From: an uncultured Actinomycetota bacterium
GTDB taxonomy: Bacteria; Actinomycetota; Actinomycetes; Mycobacteriales; SCTD01
Length of the DNA stretch: 64,000 nt
Assembly (NCBI GenBank): GCA_963781675.1
Contig: CAWAGF010000006.1
Span: 324,045-388,044 of the forward strand
Reading direction: 5' to 3'
Part shown: piece after piece, positions 11,219-20,714 of the stretch
How positions within the stretch are numbered: the stretch's first letter is position 1
How the letters are laid out: each line of letters opens with the position of its first letter
Position numbers and translations under genes: made by a program
The notes under the pieces: model-generated
Database searches by the model: none
Told to the model about the DNA's origin: nothing
What the model saw: only the letters and a program-made list of their open reading frames with translations

Positions 11219-12004
11219 ATGGCCAAGCACGCGAGCCGCACCCCGCTCATCGCGGGCAACTGGAAGATGAACCTCAACCACCTCGAGGCCATCGCCCTGG
11301 TGCAGAAGCTGGCGTTCAGCCTCACTCCCGAGGACCACGACAAGGTCGAGTGCGTCGTCGTGCCGCCGTTCACCGACCTGCGCAGCGTGCAGACGCTGGT
11401 CGACGGCGACAAGCTCCGCCTGCGGTACGGCGCCCAGGACCTGTCGATGCACGACAGCGGCGCCTACACCGGCGAGGTGAGCGGCGCGATGCTGGCCAAG
11501 CTCGGCTGCTCGTACGTGCTCGTCGGGCACAGCGAGCGCCGGCAGTACCACGGCGAGAGCGACGAGGTCTGCCGCACGAAGGTGGCCAAGGCCTTCGAGC
11601 ACGGCCTCACGCCCGTCCTCTGCGTCGGCGAGGGGCTCGACGTCCGCCAGCGGAACGGCCAGATCGCCCACACGGTGGCGCAGGTGCAGGCCGCGCTCGA
11701 GGGCGTCCCGGCCGAGCAGGCGCGCTCCCTCGTCGTGGCGTACGAGCCGGTCTGGGCGATCGGCACCGGCGAGGTGGCCACGCCCGCCGACGCGCAGGAG
11801 GTGTGCGGCGAGGTGCGGCTCACGCTGGCGCAGCTCTACCCGGGCGAGCTCGCGGACGGCGTCCGGGTGCTCTACGGCGGGTCGGTCAAGTCCTCGAACG
11901 TCGCGGACCTGATGGGCCAGCCGGACGTCGACGGTGCGCTCGTCGGCGGTGCCAGCCTGGACGCCGAGGAGTTCGCGGCGCTCTGCCGCCTCGCCGCCTC
12001 CTGA
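11219..12004 (+). CDS. tpiA: Triosephosphate isomerase
   Basis: ATG 11219, giving [25 protein letters not shown] and [11 protein letters not shown]. Confidence 0.93.
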   Translation: MAKHASRTPLIAGNWKMNLNHLEAIALVQKLAFSLTPEDHDKVECVVVPPFTDLRSVQTLVDGDKLRLRYGAQDLSMHDSGAYTGEVSGAMLAKLGCSYVLVGHSERRQYHGESDEVCRTKVAKAFEHGLTPVLCVGEGLDVRQRNGQIAHTVAQVQAALEGVPAEQARSLVVAYEPVWAIGTGEVATPADAQEVCGEVRLTLAQLYPGELADGVRVLYGGSVKSSNVADLMGQPDVDGALVGGASLDAEEFAALCRLAAS

Positions 12005-12034
12005 GCCCGCCGGACAGCCTGCGTCACGCCTCGA

Positions 12035-12080
12035 TCACAGGACGGTCAAGCGCGCGCCGTCGCGCGTCACAGGACCGTCA
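12035..12080 (+). promoter_or_regulatory. Two copies of a 14-nt direct repeat (TCACAGGACGGTCA / TCACAGGACCGTCA) in the opp promoter region
   Basis: The copies at 12035-12048 and 12067-12080 are 13/14 identical, with starts 32 nt apart. They lie in the 205-nt tpiA-SBP intergenic region, about 130 nt upstream of the SBP start. Confidence 0.35.
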
Positions 12081-12209
12081 CGATTCGCGCTCCGCGCCGG
12101 TCGGGTGCGCGTGGGACGAGCGCGCAGGTGCTTGCATGAACCCATCCCGCCGGGCTGTCGGCCCGGTACAGGTCCGTACTCCCGTGTCCGGGAGAAGGAG
12201 GAACAGCCG

Positions 12210-13855
12210 GTGCAGGTCCACAAGAAGAGAATGCGCGTCAGCGCGACTCTGCTCACGCTCGCGCTCGCCGCGACCGCGTGCGGCGGGGGCGGCGACGACG
12301 GCGACAGCGGTGACAGCGAGGGCGCCAGCGGTGGCACCTTCTCGCTGTACATCGGCGAGCCCGAGAACCCGCTGATCCCGAGCAACACCAGCGAGACCGA
12401 GGGCGGTCAGGTCGTCGACGCGCTGTTCACCGGCCTCGTCGAGTACGACCCGGAGACCACCGAGCTGGCCATGACCGGTGTCGCGGAGTCGATCGAGTCC
12501 GAGGACTCCCAGAACTGGACGATCAAGCTCAACGACGGCTGGACGTTCCACGACGGCACGCCGGTCACGTCCGACTCCTTCATCAAGGCCTGGAACTTCG
12601 CGTCGAACTCCGCCAACGCGCAGGGCGGCTCGTACTTCTTCGCCAACGTCGACGGCTACGACGACCTGCAGGGCAAGGACGACAAGCCGCCGGCCAAGAC
12701 CGAGCTGTCCGGCCTGAAGAAGGTCAGCGACACCGAGTTCACGGTCAAGCTCAAGGAGCCGTTCCGCCAGTACCCGATCACGCTCGGCTACACGGCGTTC
12801 TCGCCGCTGCCCGAGGCCTTCTTCGCCGGCAAGCCGGCCCAGGACGCCTTCGGCAAGAAGCCGATCGGCAACGGCCCCTTCAAGGCCGACGCCGACTTCG
12901 CGGCGGGCAAGGGGTTCACCGTCAGCCGCTTCGAGGAGTACAAGGGCCAGAAGGCCAAGGCCGACGCGGTCGAGTTCCGCGTCTACACCGAGGTCAACAC
13001 CGCCTACACCGACGTGCAGGCCGGCAACCTCGACTTCTCGGACGTCCCGCCGGACGCCATCAGCACCTACCAGGACGAGTTCGGCGACCGCGCCATCGAC
13101 CGGGAGACCAGCACCTTCCAGTACATGGGCTTCCCGACGTACGACCCCCGCTTCAAGGACAAGCGCGTCCGCCAGGCCTTCTCCATGGCGATCGACCGCA
13201 AGGCGATCACCGAGGCCATCTTCAACGGCACCCGTGAGCCTGCCTACGACGCGATCAGCCCGGTGGTCGACGGCCACCGCAAGGACGCCTGCAAGTTCTG
13301 CGAGTACAAGCCGGACGAGGCCAAGAAGCTGCTCGAGGAGACCGACTTCGACACCAGCAAGCCGGTCGACCTCTGGTTCAACGCCGGTGCGGGCCACGAC
13401 GAGTGGGTCCAGGCCGTCGGCAACAACCTGCGCGACAACCTCGGCGTCACCTACAAGCTCCAGGGTGGCCTGATGTTCGCGGAGTACCTCCCCAAGGGCG
13501 ACGCCAAGGGCTTCACCGGGCCGTTCCGCCTCGGCTGGGCGATGGACTACCCGAGCCCGCAGAACTACCTGGAGCCGCTGTACAGCACCAAGGCGCTCCC
13601 GCCGAACGGCTCGAACTCGCGCCTTCTACTCGAACAAGGCGTTCGACGACAAGGTCGCCGAGGGCAACCGCGCCGACAGCAACGACGACGCGGTCAAGGC
13701 CTACCAGGAGGCCGACGACATCCTCCTGGAGGACATGCCGATCATGCCGATGTTCTTCAGCCGGCGGCTCGTACGTCCACTCGGACAAGATCAGCAACGT
13801 CAAGGTCGACGCGTTCAGCAACATCGTGCTCGAGGACGTGACGGTCAAGCAGTAG
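12210..13855 (+). pseudogene. Peptide/nickel ABC transporter substrate-binding lipoprotein (family 5, OppA/DppA-like), two frame disruptions (13620, 13762)
   Basis: RBS ggagaaggagg precedes GTG 12210. Lipobox LALAATAC-GGG. The body is in ORF 11934..13841. The tail continues as AFYSNKAFDDKVAEGNRADSNDDAVKAYQEADDILLEDMPIMPMFFS in frame 1, then GGSYVHSDKISNVKVDAFSNIVLEDVTVKQ in frame 2. Corrected length is 1644 nt. Confidence 0.85.
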
Positions 13856-13864
13856 TCCCCGCTG

Positions 13865-13902
13865 GGTCCCGGCGCCGCCTCGTGAGAGGGGGCGCCGGGA
13901 CC
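13865..13902 (+). terminator. Perfect 12-bp stem hairpin immediately after the SBP gene (intra-operon attenuator or terminator candidate)
   Basis: GGTCCCGGCGCC (13865-13876), a 14-nt loop, then GGCGCCGGGACC (13891-13902). There is no T-tract, which is common in high-GC actinobacteria. Confidence 0.5.
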
Positions 13903-13907
13903 GGCTG

Positions 13908-13952
13908 GAACGGCGTGTCGCCGGGTGCTCGCACCTCGGCGGCACGCCGTTC
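13908..13952 (+). terminator. Second hairpin (10-bp outer stem) in the SBP-permease spacer
   Basis: GAACGGCGTG (13908-13917) pairs with CACGCCGTTC (13943-13952). An inner imperfect stem is also present. Confidence 0.4.
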
Positions 13953-14062
13953 CGCTGCCGGGGCAGACCGTGCCGGCAGAAGTCCCCGCGAGGCGAGCCT
14001 CGTGACCTACGCTGCCCCGACACCGGGGCTCCTTGTCCCGCTGCTACGAGAGACGGAGGGTC

Positions 14063-14986
14063 ATGGCCCGCTACATCGCGCGCCGCCTCCTGCTGGCCAT
14101 CCCGGTGCTGGTAGGTGCGTCGTTCCTCATCTTCGCCATGGTCTTCGCCCTCCCCGGGGACCCCATCCGGGCGCTGGGTGGCGACCGTCCGCTGTCGCCG
14201 AGCGTGCAGCAGGCGCTGCGGGACGAGTACAACCTCGACGACCCGCTCCCCGTCCAGTACGGCAAGTACGTCGGCAACCTCGTGCAGGGCGACTTCGGCC
14301 AGGACTTCAGCGGCCGCCAGGTGTCCGAGATCATCCGCGAGCGCTTCCCCGTGACGCTCAAGCTGGCGACCGTCGCCATCCTGTTCGAGATCGTCTTCGG
14401 GCTGATCGCGGGCATCCTGGCCGGCATCCGCCGCAAGAGCTTCTTCGACAGCCTGGTGCTGGTCTCGACGACGCTGATCGTGTCCATCCCGGTCTTCGTC
14501 CTGGGCTTCCTGGGCCAGTACGTCTTCGGCCTGCGGCTCAAGCTGTTCCCGATCGCCGGTCTGAACGACGGCCTGCGCAGCTACCTGCTGCCGGGCTTCG
14601 TGCTCGCCGCGCTGTCCCTCGCCTACGTCGCCCGGCTCACCCGCACCTCGCTGGTGGAGAACCTGCGCAACGACTACGTGCGCACGGCCAAGGCGAAGGG
14701 GCTCACGCCCGCCTCCGTCGTCGGCAAGCACACGCTGCGCAACAGCCTGATCCCGGTCGTCACCTACCTGGGCGCCGACTTCGGACTGCTGCTGTCCGGC
14801 GCCATCGTCACCGAGGGCATCTTCAACATCCCAGGGCTGGGCCGGGCGGTGTTCGACGCCGTCCGCAGCCAGGAGGGCGCCGTGGTCGTCGGGATCGTCA
14901 CGCTGTTCGTCTTCATCTACATCTTCTTCAACCTCGTGGTCGACGTCCTGTACGCGGCCCTCGACCCCCGGATCCGCTATGAGTGA
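14063..14986 (+). CDS. Peptide ABC transporter permease (OppB/DppB-like)
   Basis: ORF 14033..14986, with the start moved to ATG 14063 (ggaggg RBS; MARYIARRLLLAIPVL). It carries the EAA-type loop AYVARLTRTSLVENLRNDYVRTAKAKG. Confidence 0.9.
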   Translation: MARYIARRLLLAIPVLVGASFLIFAMVFALPGDPIRALGGDRPLSPSVQQALRDEYNLDDPLPVQYGKYVGNLVQGDFGQDFSGRQVSEIIRERFPVTLKLATVAILFEIVFGLIAGILAGIRRKSFFDSLVLVSTTLIVSIPVFVLGFLGQYVFGLRLKLFPIAGLNDGLRSYLLPGFVLAALSLAYVARLTRTSLVENLRNDYVRTAKAKGLTPASVVGKHTLRNSLIPVVTYLGADFGLLLSGAIVTEGIFNIPGLGRAVFDAVRSQEGAVVVGIVTLFVFIYIFFNLVVDVLYAALDPRIRYE

Positions 14987-16004
14987 GCCCCGCGACGACG
15001 CGTCGCCGTCCCGCGTCCTGGTCGACTCCGACGCCTCCGGGCGCGGCGGGGTGGGATCCGGCGACGCCGCCGTCCCGCCGAGCGCGGTCGGCCGCGACGC
15101 CGAGATGCCCAAGGCGACGGACGACCTGCGGCAGGCCAGCCTGTGGTCCGACGCCTGGCGCCAGCTGCGCAAGAACACGCTGTTCCTCATCGCGTCGACG
15201 CTGCTGCTGGTCCTGACCGTCATGTCGATCGCCCCGCAGCTGTTCACGAGCATCGACCCGCGCGCCCGCGGCGCCTGCCAGCTGGCCAACTCCCGCAAGG
15301 GCCCCGGCATGAACGGCGCCTGGTTCGGCTACGACACCTTCGGCTGCGACTACTACTCGACGGTCGTGTACGGCGCCCGCGTCTCGATGATCATCGGCCT
15401 CGTCGTCGTCGGCGGCTCCATGCTCATCGGCGTCTTCCTCGGTGCCATGGCCGGCTACTTCGGCGGCGTCTTCGACACGATCATCGCCCGCATCACCGAC
15501 ATCATCTACGGCCTGCCGACCGTGCTCGGCGCCATCCTGCTGCTGCAGCTGCTGGCGTCCCCGCGCTTCTTCGGCGAGCGCAACCTCGCGACCGTGTCGA
15601 TCGCCCTGATCCTGCTGGGCTGGCTGACGTTCATGCGCCTGTTCCGGTCCAGCGTCATCAGCATCAAGGAGACCGACTACGTCAGCGCGGCCCGCGCCAT
15701 GGGGGCCAGCAACAGCCGGATCATCCTGAAGCACATCGTGCCCAACGGGCTGGCGCCGGTGCTCGTCTACGGGACGATCTCGGTCGGCGGGATCATCGCC
15801 GCAGAGGCGACCCTGTCGTTCCTCGGCATCGGCCTGCAGCAGCCCGCCATCTCCTGGGGCCTGCAGATCAACAGCGCGCAGAACTACATCCGCAGCTCGC
15901 CGCACCTGCTGTTCTTCCCGAGCATCTTCCTGTCGATCACGGTGCTCTCCTTCATCCTGCTCGGCGACGCCCTGCGCGACGCCCTCGACCCGAAGCTGCG
16001 CTGA
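14979..16004 (+). CDS. Peptide ABC transporter permease (OppC/DppC-like)
   Basis: ORF 14979..16004 overlaps the preceding permease by 8 nt. It contains FMRLFRSSVISIKETDYVSAARAMGAS and several TM segments. Confidence 0.9.
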   Translation: MSEPRDDASPSRVLVDSDASGRGGVGSGDAAVPPSAVGRDAEMPKATDDLRQASLWSDAWRQLRKNTLFLIASTLLLVLTVMSIAPQLFTSIDPRARGACQLANSRKGPGMNGAWFGYDTFGCDYYSTVVYGARVSMIIGLVVVGGSMLIGVFLGAMAGYFGGVFDTIIARITDIIYGLPTVLGAILLLQLLASPRFFGERNLATVSIALILLGWLTFMRLFRSSVISIKETDYVSAARAMGASNSRIILKHIVPNGLAPVLVYGTISVGGIIAAEATLSFLGIGLQQPAISWGLQINSAQNYIRSSPHLLFFPSIFLSITVLSFILLGDALRDALDPKLR

Positions 16005-16005
16005 C

Positions 16006-17031
16006 ATGACGAGCGTCCTCACCAGCCCGACCGGAGCCGCCGCCGGCGGCGCGCCGCTGCTGGAGGTCGACGACCTCTACGTCGAGTTCCGCACCGACTA
16101 CGGCGTCGTCAACGCCGTCAACGGCATCAGCTACACGCTGAGCGCCGGCGAGACGCTCGCCATCCTCGGCGAGTCCGGCTGCGGCAAGTCGGTCAGCGCC
16201 CAGACGATCATGGGCATCCTGGACAGCCCGCCCGGGTTCGTCACCGGCGGAGAGATCCGCTACAAGGGGCGCGACCTGCTCCAGATGGGCGCCAAGGAGC
16301 AGCGCGACATCCGGGGCGAGGAGATCTCGATCGTCTTCCAGGACGCCCTGTCCTCGCTGAACCCGGTGTTCAGCGTGGGCGCCCAGATCGGGGAGATGTT
16401 CCGGCGCCACCGGGGCACGTCGCGCGGCGAGGCCAAGAAGCTGGCCATCGAGCTGATGGACCGGGTGCGCATCCCCGCCGCCAAGGACCGCGTCGGCGAC
16501 TACCCGCACCAGTTCTCCGGCGGCATGCGGCAGCGCGTGATGATCGCGATGGCCATCGCCCTCGACCCGGCGATCCTCATCGCCGACGAGCCGACGACCG
16601 CGCTCGACGTCACCGTCCAGGCCCAGATCATGGACCTGCTGGGCGAGCTCCAGCAGGAGACCGGCATGGGGCTCATCCTCATCACCCACGACCTCGGCGT
16701 CGTGGGGGAGATCGCCGACCGCGTCGCGGTGATGTACGCCGGGCGCATCGTGGAGACAGGCGCCACGGACGCGGTGTTCAGCGCGCCCGCGATGCCGTAC
16801 ACCGAGGGCCTGATGGCCTCGATCGCCCGCGTCGACCAGAAGGGCCAGCGGCTCAACCCGATCGTGGGCTCGCCGCCCAACCTGGCGGCCCTGCCGAGCG
16901 GCTGCCCGTTCCACCCCCGCTGCCCGCGCGCCACGGACTACTGCCCGACCGCGCTGCCGCCGCTGCTGGAGGTCGTGCCAGGCCGCCGCAGCGCCTGCCA
17001 CTACGCCGAAGAGGTGCTCCATGACCACTGA
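16006..17031 (+). CDS. Peptide ABC transporter ATP-binding protein (OppD-like)
   Basis: Walker A GESGCGKS, signature FSGGMRQR, Walker [13 protein letters not shown], and a C-terminal oligopeptide-type Cys motif CPFHPRC. Confidence 0.9.
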   Translation: MTSVLTSPTGAAAGGAPLLEVDDLYVEFRTDYGVVNAVNGISYTLSAGETLAILGESGCGKSVSAQTIMGILDSPPGFVTGGEIRYKGRDLLQMGAKEQRDIRGEEISIVFQDALSSLNPVFSVGAQIGEMFRRHRGTSRGEAKKLAIELMDRVRIPAAKDRVGDYPHQFSGGMRQRVMIAMAIALDPAILIADEPTTALDVTVQAQIMDLLGELQQETGMGLILITHDLGVVGEIADRVAVMYAGRIVETGATDAVFSAPAMPYTEGLMASIARVDQKGQRLNPIVGSPPNLAALPSGCPFHPRCPRATDYCPTALPPLLEVVPGRRSACHYAEEVLHDH

Positions 17032-18174
17032 CACCGCGCCCGTGGTCCGCCACGAGGCCGACCCGTCCGGCGTGCCGCTGCTGCGCGTCGACGGGCTGGT
17101 CAAGCACTTCCCGATCACGCAGGGCATCGTCTTCAAGAAGACGGTGGGCCAGGTGCGCGCCGTCGACGGCGTCAACTTCGAGCTGCGCTCCGGCGAGACG
17201 CTCGGCCTGGTCGGCGAGTCCGGCTGCGGGAAGTCGACGGTCTCCAAGCTGCTCATGCAGCTCGAGAAGCCGACGGCGGGCAAGGTCTACTACAAGGGCG
17301 AGGACGTCACGCACCTGTCCGGCAAGGACCTGCGCCAGCTGCGCCGCAACATCCAGATCATCTTCCAGGACCCCTACAGCTCGCTGAACCCGCGCATGAC
17401 CGTCGGCGACATCGTGGGCGAGCCGTGGGAGATCCACCCGGACGTCGTGCCGAAGCGGGAGCGCGCGACCCGCGTGCGGGAGCTGCTCGAGCGGGTCGGC
17501 CTGAACCCGGACTTCGTCAACCGCTACCCGCACCAGTTCTCCGGCGGCCAGCGCCAGCGCATCGGCATCGCCCGGGCGCTGGCCCTGCAGCCCGAGATCA
17601 TCGTGTGCGACGAGCCGGTCTCCGCCCTCGACGTCTCGGTGCAGGCGCAGGTGGTCAACCTGCTGGAGGAGCTCAAGCGCGACTTCGGCCTGGCCTACAT
17701 CTTCATCGCGCACGACCTCTCGGTCGTCCGGCACATCAGCGACCGCGTCGCCGTGATGTACCTCGGCAGCGATCGTCGAGATCGGCACCGAGGACGAGAT
17801 CTACGAGCAGAGCGCCCACCCGTACACGCAGGCGCTGCTGTCGGCCGTGCCGGTCCTCGACCCGGCGGCCCGCGCGCAGAAGACGCGGATCATGCTCACC
17901 GGCGACGTGCCGAGCCCGGCCAACCCGCCGTCGGGCTGCCGCTTCCGCACCCGCTGCTGGAAGGCGCAGGACATCTGCGCGACCGATCCGCCGGAGCTGG
18001 TCGACCGCGGCCAGGGCCACCCGGTGGCCTGCCACTTCGCCGAGGCCGTCGAGCATCGTCGGCGGCGAGGCGCACCTGCCGGAGCCGACGACCGAGCTGT
18101 CCGAGCCGGTCGAGACGCGCGCTGCCAGCAAGAAGCGCACGGGCAGCCTGAGCGTCCGCGCCCCGCTATCCTGA
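17021..18174 (+). pseudogene. Peptide ABC transporter ATP-binding protein (OppF-like), two frame disruptions (17771, 18054)
   Basis: [17 protein letters not shown] and [12 protein letters not shown] are in frame 2. After g17771 the protein continues as [31 protein letters not shown]...GCRFRTRC in frame 0. The tail [18 protein letters not shown]... is in frame 1 after c18054; this second event is less certain because the tail is not conserved. Confidence 0.8.
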
Positions 18175-18214
18175 GCCGACTCCTCCTGCACGGCCCCCGA
18201 AACGGAGCTCCACC

Positions 18215-18460
18215 GTGGTGACCTTCCTGTCCCTCCTGCTGTCGATCACGAGCATCCTCATGGTCGTGCTCGTCCTGCTGCACAAGGGGAAGGGCGGCGG
18301 CCTGTCGACCATGTTCGGAGGCGGCGTCTCCAGCTCGCTGGGCGGCAGCGCCGTCGTCGAGAAGAACCTCGACCGGATCACCATCGTCTGCGGCCTGGTC
18401 TGGGTGACCTGCATCATCGCCCTCGGCCTGCTCCTCAAGGAGACCGCGCCGGCCGTCTAG
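18215..18460 (+). CDS. secG: Preprotein translocase subunit SecG
   Basis: 81 aa with two TM helices and the [17 protein letters not shown] motif. Confidence 0.85.
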   Translation: MVTFLSLLLSITSILMVVLVLLHKGKGGGLSTMFGGGVSSSLGGSAVVEKNLDRITIVCGLVWVTCIIALGLLLKETAPAV

Positions 18461-18528
18461 GACCGGCTGACAGCGGGCCCCGCGCCCGGCACGATCGACC
18501 CGTACGACTTCGAGCGAGGAGCACCACC

Positions 18529-18864
18529 GTGGCAGGCGGCAACGCGATCAGGGGAAGCCGGGTCGGCGCCGGCCCGATGGGCGAGGCGGAGCGCGGCGAG
18601 GCCGCTCCCCGCCGGCGCATCCCGTTCTACTGCGCCAACGCGCACGAGACCCGGCCGTCCTTCGCCGACGACGCGGCGGTCCCGGAGACCTGGGACTGCC
18701 CGCGCTGCGGCTTCCCGGCCGGGCAGGACAAGGACAACCCGCCGGCGCAGACCAAGACCGAGCCGTACAAGACGCACCTCGCCTACGTCCGCGAGCGCCG
18801 CAACGCCGAGGACGGCGAGGCGATCCTGGCCGAGGCGCTCGCGAAGCTGCGCCAGAGCCGCTAG
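18529..18864 (+). CDS. rbpA: RNA polymerase-binding protein RbpA
   Basis: IRGSRVGAG...APRRRIPFYCANAHETRPSFADDAAVPETWDCPRCGFPA...KTHLAYVRERR follows the actinobacterial RbpA pattern. RBS gaggag is upstream. Confidence 0.85.
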   Translation: MAGGNAIRGSRVGAGPMGEAERGEAAPRRRIPFYCANAHETRPSFADDAAVPETWDCPRCGFPAGQDKDNPPAQTKTEPYKTHLAYVRERRNAEDGEAILAEALAKLRQSR

Positions 18865-18874
18865 CCGGCACGTC

Positions 18875-18914
18875 CCGACGCCGCGCCCGCCGATCCCGGC
18901 GCGGCGGGCGTCGG
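18875..18914. terminator. Bulged GC hairpin between convergent rbpA and pgl (bidirectional terminator candidate)
   Basis: CCGACGCC-GCGCC, a loop, then GGCGC-(ggcg)-GGCGTCGG. Confidence 0.45.
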
Positions 18915-18932
18915 CGTTCGTGCAGCTCTGGG

Positions 18933-19703
18933 TCAGCGGCGGCGCAGGTCGCGAGGCAGTCGGCTCGCGGCCGCCTCGTCGAGCAGCCACAGCGTCGACG
19001 CCCGTCCCCGTGCGCCCGCAGCCGGCACCTGCACGCGGGCCGGCGCCGGACAGCGCGGTCGCCACCATCGGCGCCTTGTCCGCCCCGGCGACGGCGAACC
19101 AGACCTCGCGGGCGGCGTTCAGCGCCGGGAAGGCGAGCGAGACCCGGGTGGGCGGCGGCTTCGGGCAGCCGTGCACGCCCACGACCGTCCGCTCGTCGTG
19201 CGCGGCAGGGGACTCGGGGAAGATCGAGGCCGTGTGGCCCTCCGGGCCCATCCCGAGCAGCAGGACGTCGAACGGCGGGACGTCGTGGTCGGCCGGGGCC
19301 GCCCGGCGCAGCTCGTCGGCGTAGCGCGCCGCGGCGGCGTCCGCGTCGTCGCCGTCCGGACCGCCCAGGGCGCCCATCGGGTGCACCCGGGCGGGGTCGA
19401 GGTCGAGGTGGTCCAGCAGCGCCTTCGCGGGCCTGCAGGTCGTTGCGCTCGGCGTCGTCGGGCGCGACGTAGCGCTCGTCGCCCCACCAGACGTCGACCC
19501 GGCGCCAGTCGACGGCGTGCCGGGCGCCGGAGCGCCGCGACGGCGGCCAGCACGGCGATGCCGACGCCGCCGCCGGTCAGCACGACCGAGGCGGTGCCGC
19601 GCAGCGCCTGTGCGTCCACGAGGCGGGTCAGCAGCCGGGCCGCCACCGACTCGGCGAGGACGTCGGCGTCCCTGGTGACGACGACCGTCGGGCCGGCGCT
19701 CAC
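18933..19703 (-). pseudogene. pgl: 6-phosphogluconolactonase, three frame disruptions (about 19540, 19423, 19035)
   Basis: GTG 19703 overlaps the opcA stop (GTGA). The pieces, in successive frames, are: MSAGPTVVVTRDADVLAESVAARLL...LTGGGVGIAVLAAV; ARHAVDWRRVDVWWGDERYVAPDDAERNDLQARE; ALLDHLDLDPARVHPMG...LLLGMGPEGHTASIFP...; VQVPAAGARGRASTLWLLDEAAASRL. Corrected length is 768 nt. Confidence 0.8.
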
Positions 19704-20692
19704 GTGGTGGTCAGCGCGGGGTCGGGCTCGTCGGCCGCGGTCGGGTCGTGCCAGACGTGGGTGCGCGAGGCGGGCCGGTCCGCCAGCCCGGTCACGCCGG
19801 TGGCGGCGGACAGGGCCGCGGCGTAGGTCTCGTCGGCGTCCAGGCGACGCAGCTCCTCGGCGAGCAGGTCGCCGAGCTCGCGCCGCTCCAGGGGCATCGT
19901 GCGCTCCGGCTGGCCGGTCCGGTGCAGCGTGGCGGTCGCGCCGGCCCCGCGCTCCAGGCGCACCTCGCCGTCCTCCAGCGCGATGACGACGCTGGTGATG
20001 CCGGCGCCGTCCCCGTCGACGCCCTGTGCGGGCACGCCGAGCCGGGCGTTCAGCCAGCCGGCCAGGAGCGCGCGGGTGGGGCTGGCCGCCTCGCCGTGGA
20101 CCTGCGCGCCGGTGGCCGTGCTGGTGACCGAGTCGAACGCCGAGGCGCACAGGGCGCGCCAGTGCGTGGCGCGGGTCCAGGCCAGGTCGGTGTCGCCGGG
20201 CGCGTAGTCCTCGGCGCGCTGGGCGAGCGCGGCGAGCGGGTCGGGCGCCAGCGACGTGTCGGTGACCCGGCGGTCGGCGAAGACGCCGAGCGGGTCGTGG
20301 CTGATGGCGTGCGGCGGCTCGCCGAACCACCAGGTCACGACCGGGGCGTCCGGGGCGAGCAGCGGCAGCACGACGGACTCGGCGTGCAGGGCGAGGCGGC
20401 CGTACATCCTCAGCACGACGGCCTCGCCCGGGCCGAGCCGGCCGCCGATGACGACCTCTGCGTCGAGGCGTGCCTCGGCGGCGTCCGGGCGGCGCCGGAC
20501 CACGACGATGAGCCGGCAGGGGTGCTCGGCGGCCGCGCGGGTCGCGGCCTGCTCGGCCTGCTCGACCTTGCCCTCCTCGACGACCACGACGAGCGTCAGC
20601 GCGAGGCCGCTGGACACCGAGCCGGCGCGCCGTCGCTCGGCCGCCAGCGCCTTGACGACCGCGGTGCCGGTCGTGTCCCAGAGCGTGGTCAT
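19700..20692 (-). CDS. opcA: Glucose-6-phosphate dehydrogenase assembly protein OpcA
   Basis: ATG 20692 (MTTLWDTTGTAVVKALAAERR) within ORF 19700..21298. The gene sits in the conserved position downstream of zwf. Confidence 0.88.
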   Translation of the reverse strand: MTTLWDTTGTAVVKALAAERRRAGSVSSGLALTLVVVVEEGKVEQAEQAATRAAAEHPCRLIVVVRRRPDAAEARLDAEVVIGGRLGPGEAVVLRMYGRLALHAESVVLPLLAPDAPVVTWWFGEPPHAISHDPLGVFADRRVTDTSLAPDPLAALAQRAEDYAPGDTDLAWTRATHWRALCASAFDSVTSTATGAQVHGEAASPTRALLAGWLNARLGVPAQGVDGDGAGITSVVIALEDGEVRLERGAGATATLHRTGQPERTMPLERRELGDLLAEELRRLDADETYAAALSAATGVTGLADRPASRTHVWHDPTAADEPDPALTTT

Positions 20693-20714
20693 GTGCGGGC
20701 CTCTCGGAAGGCGG

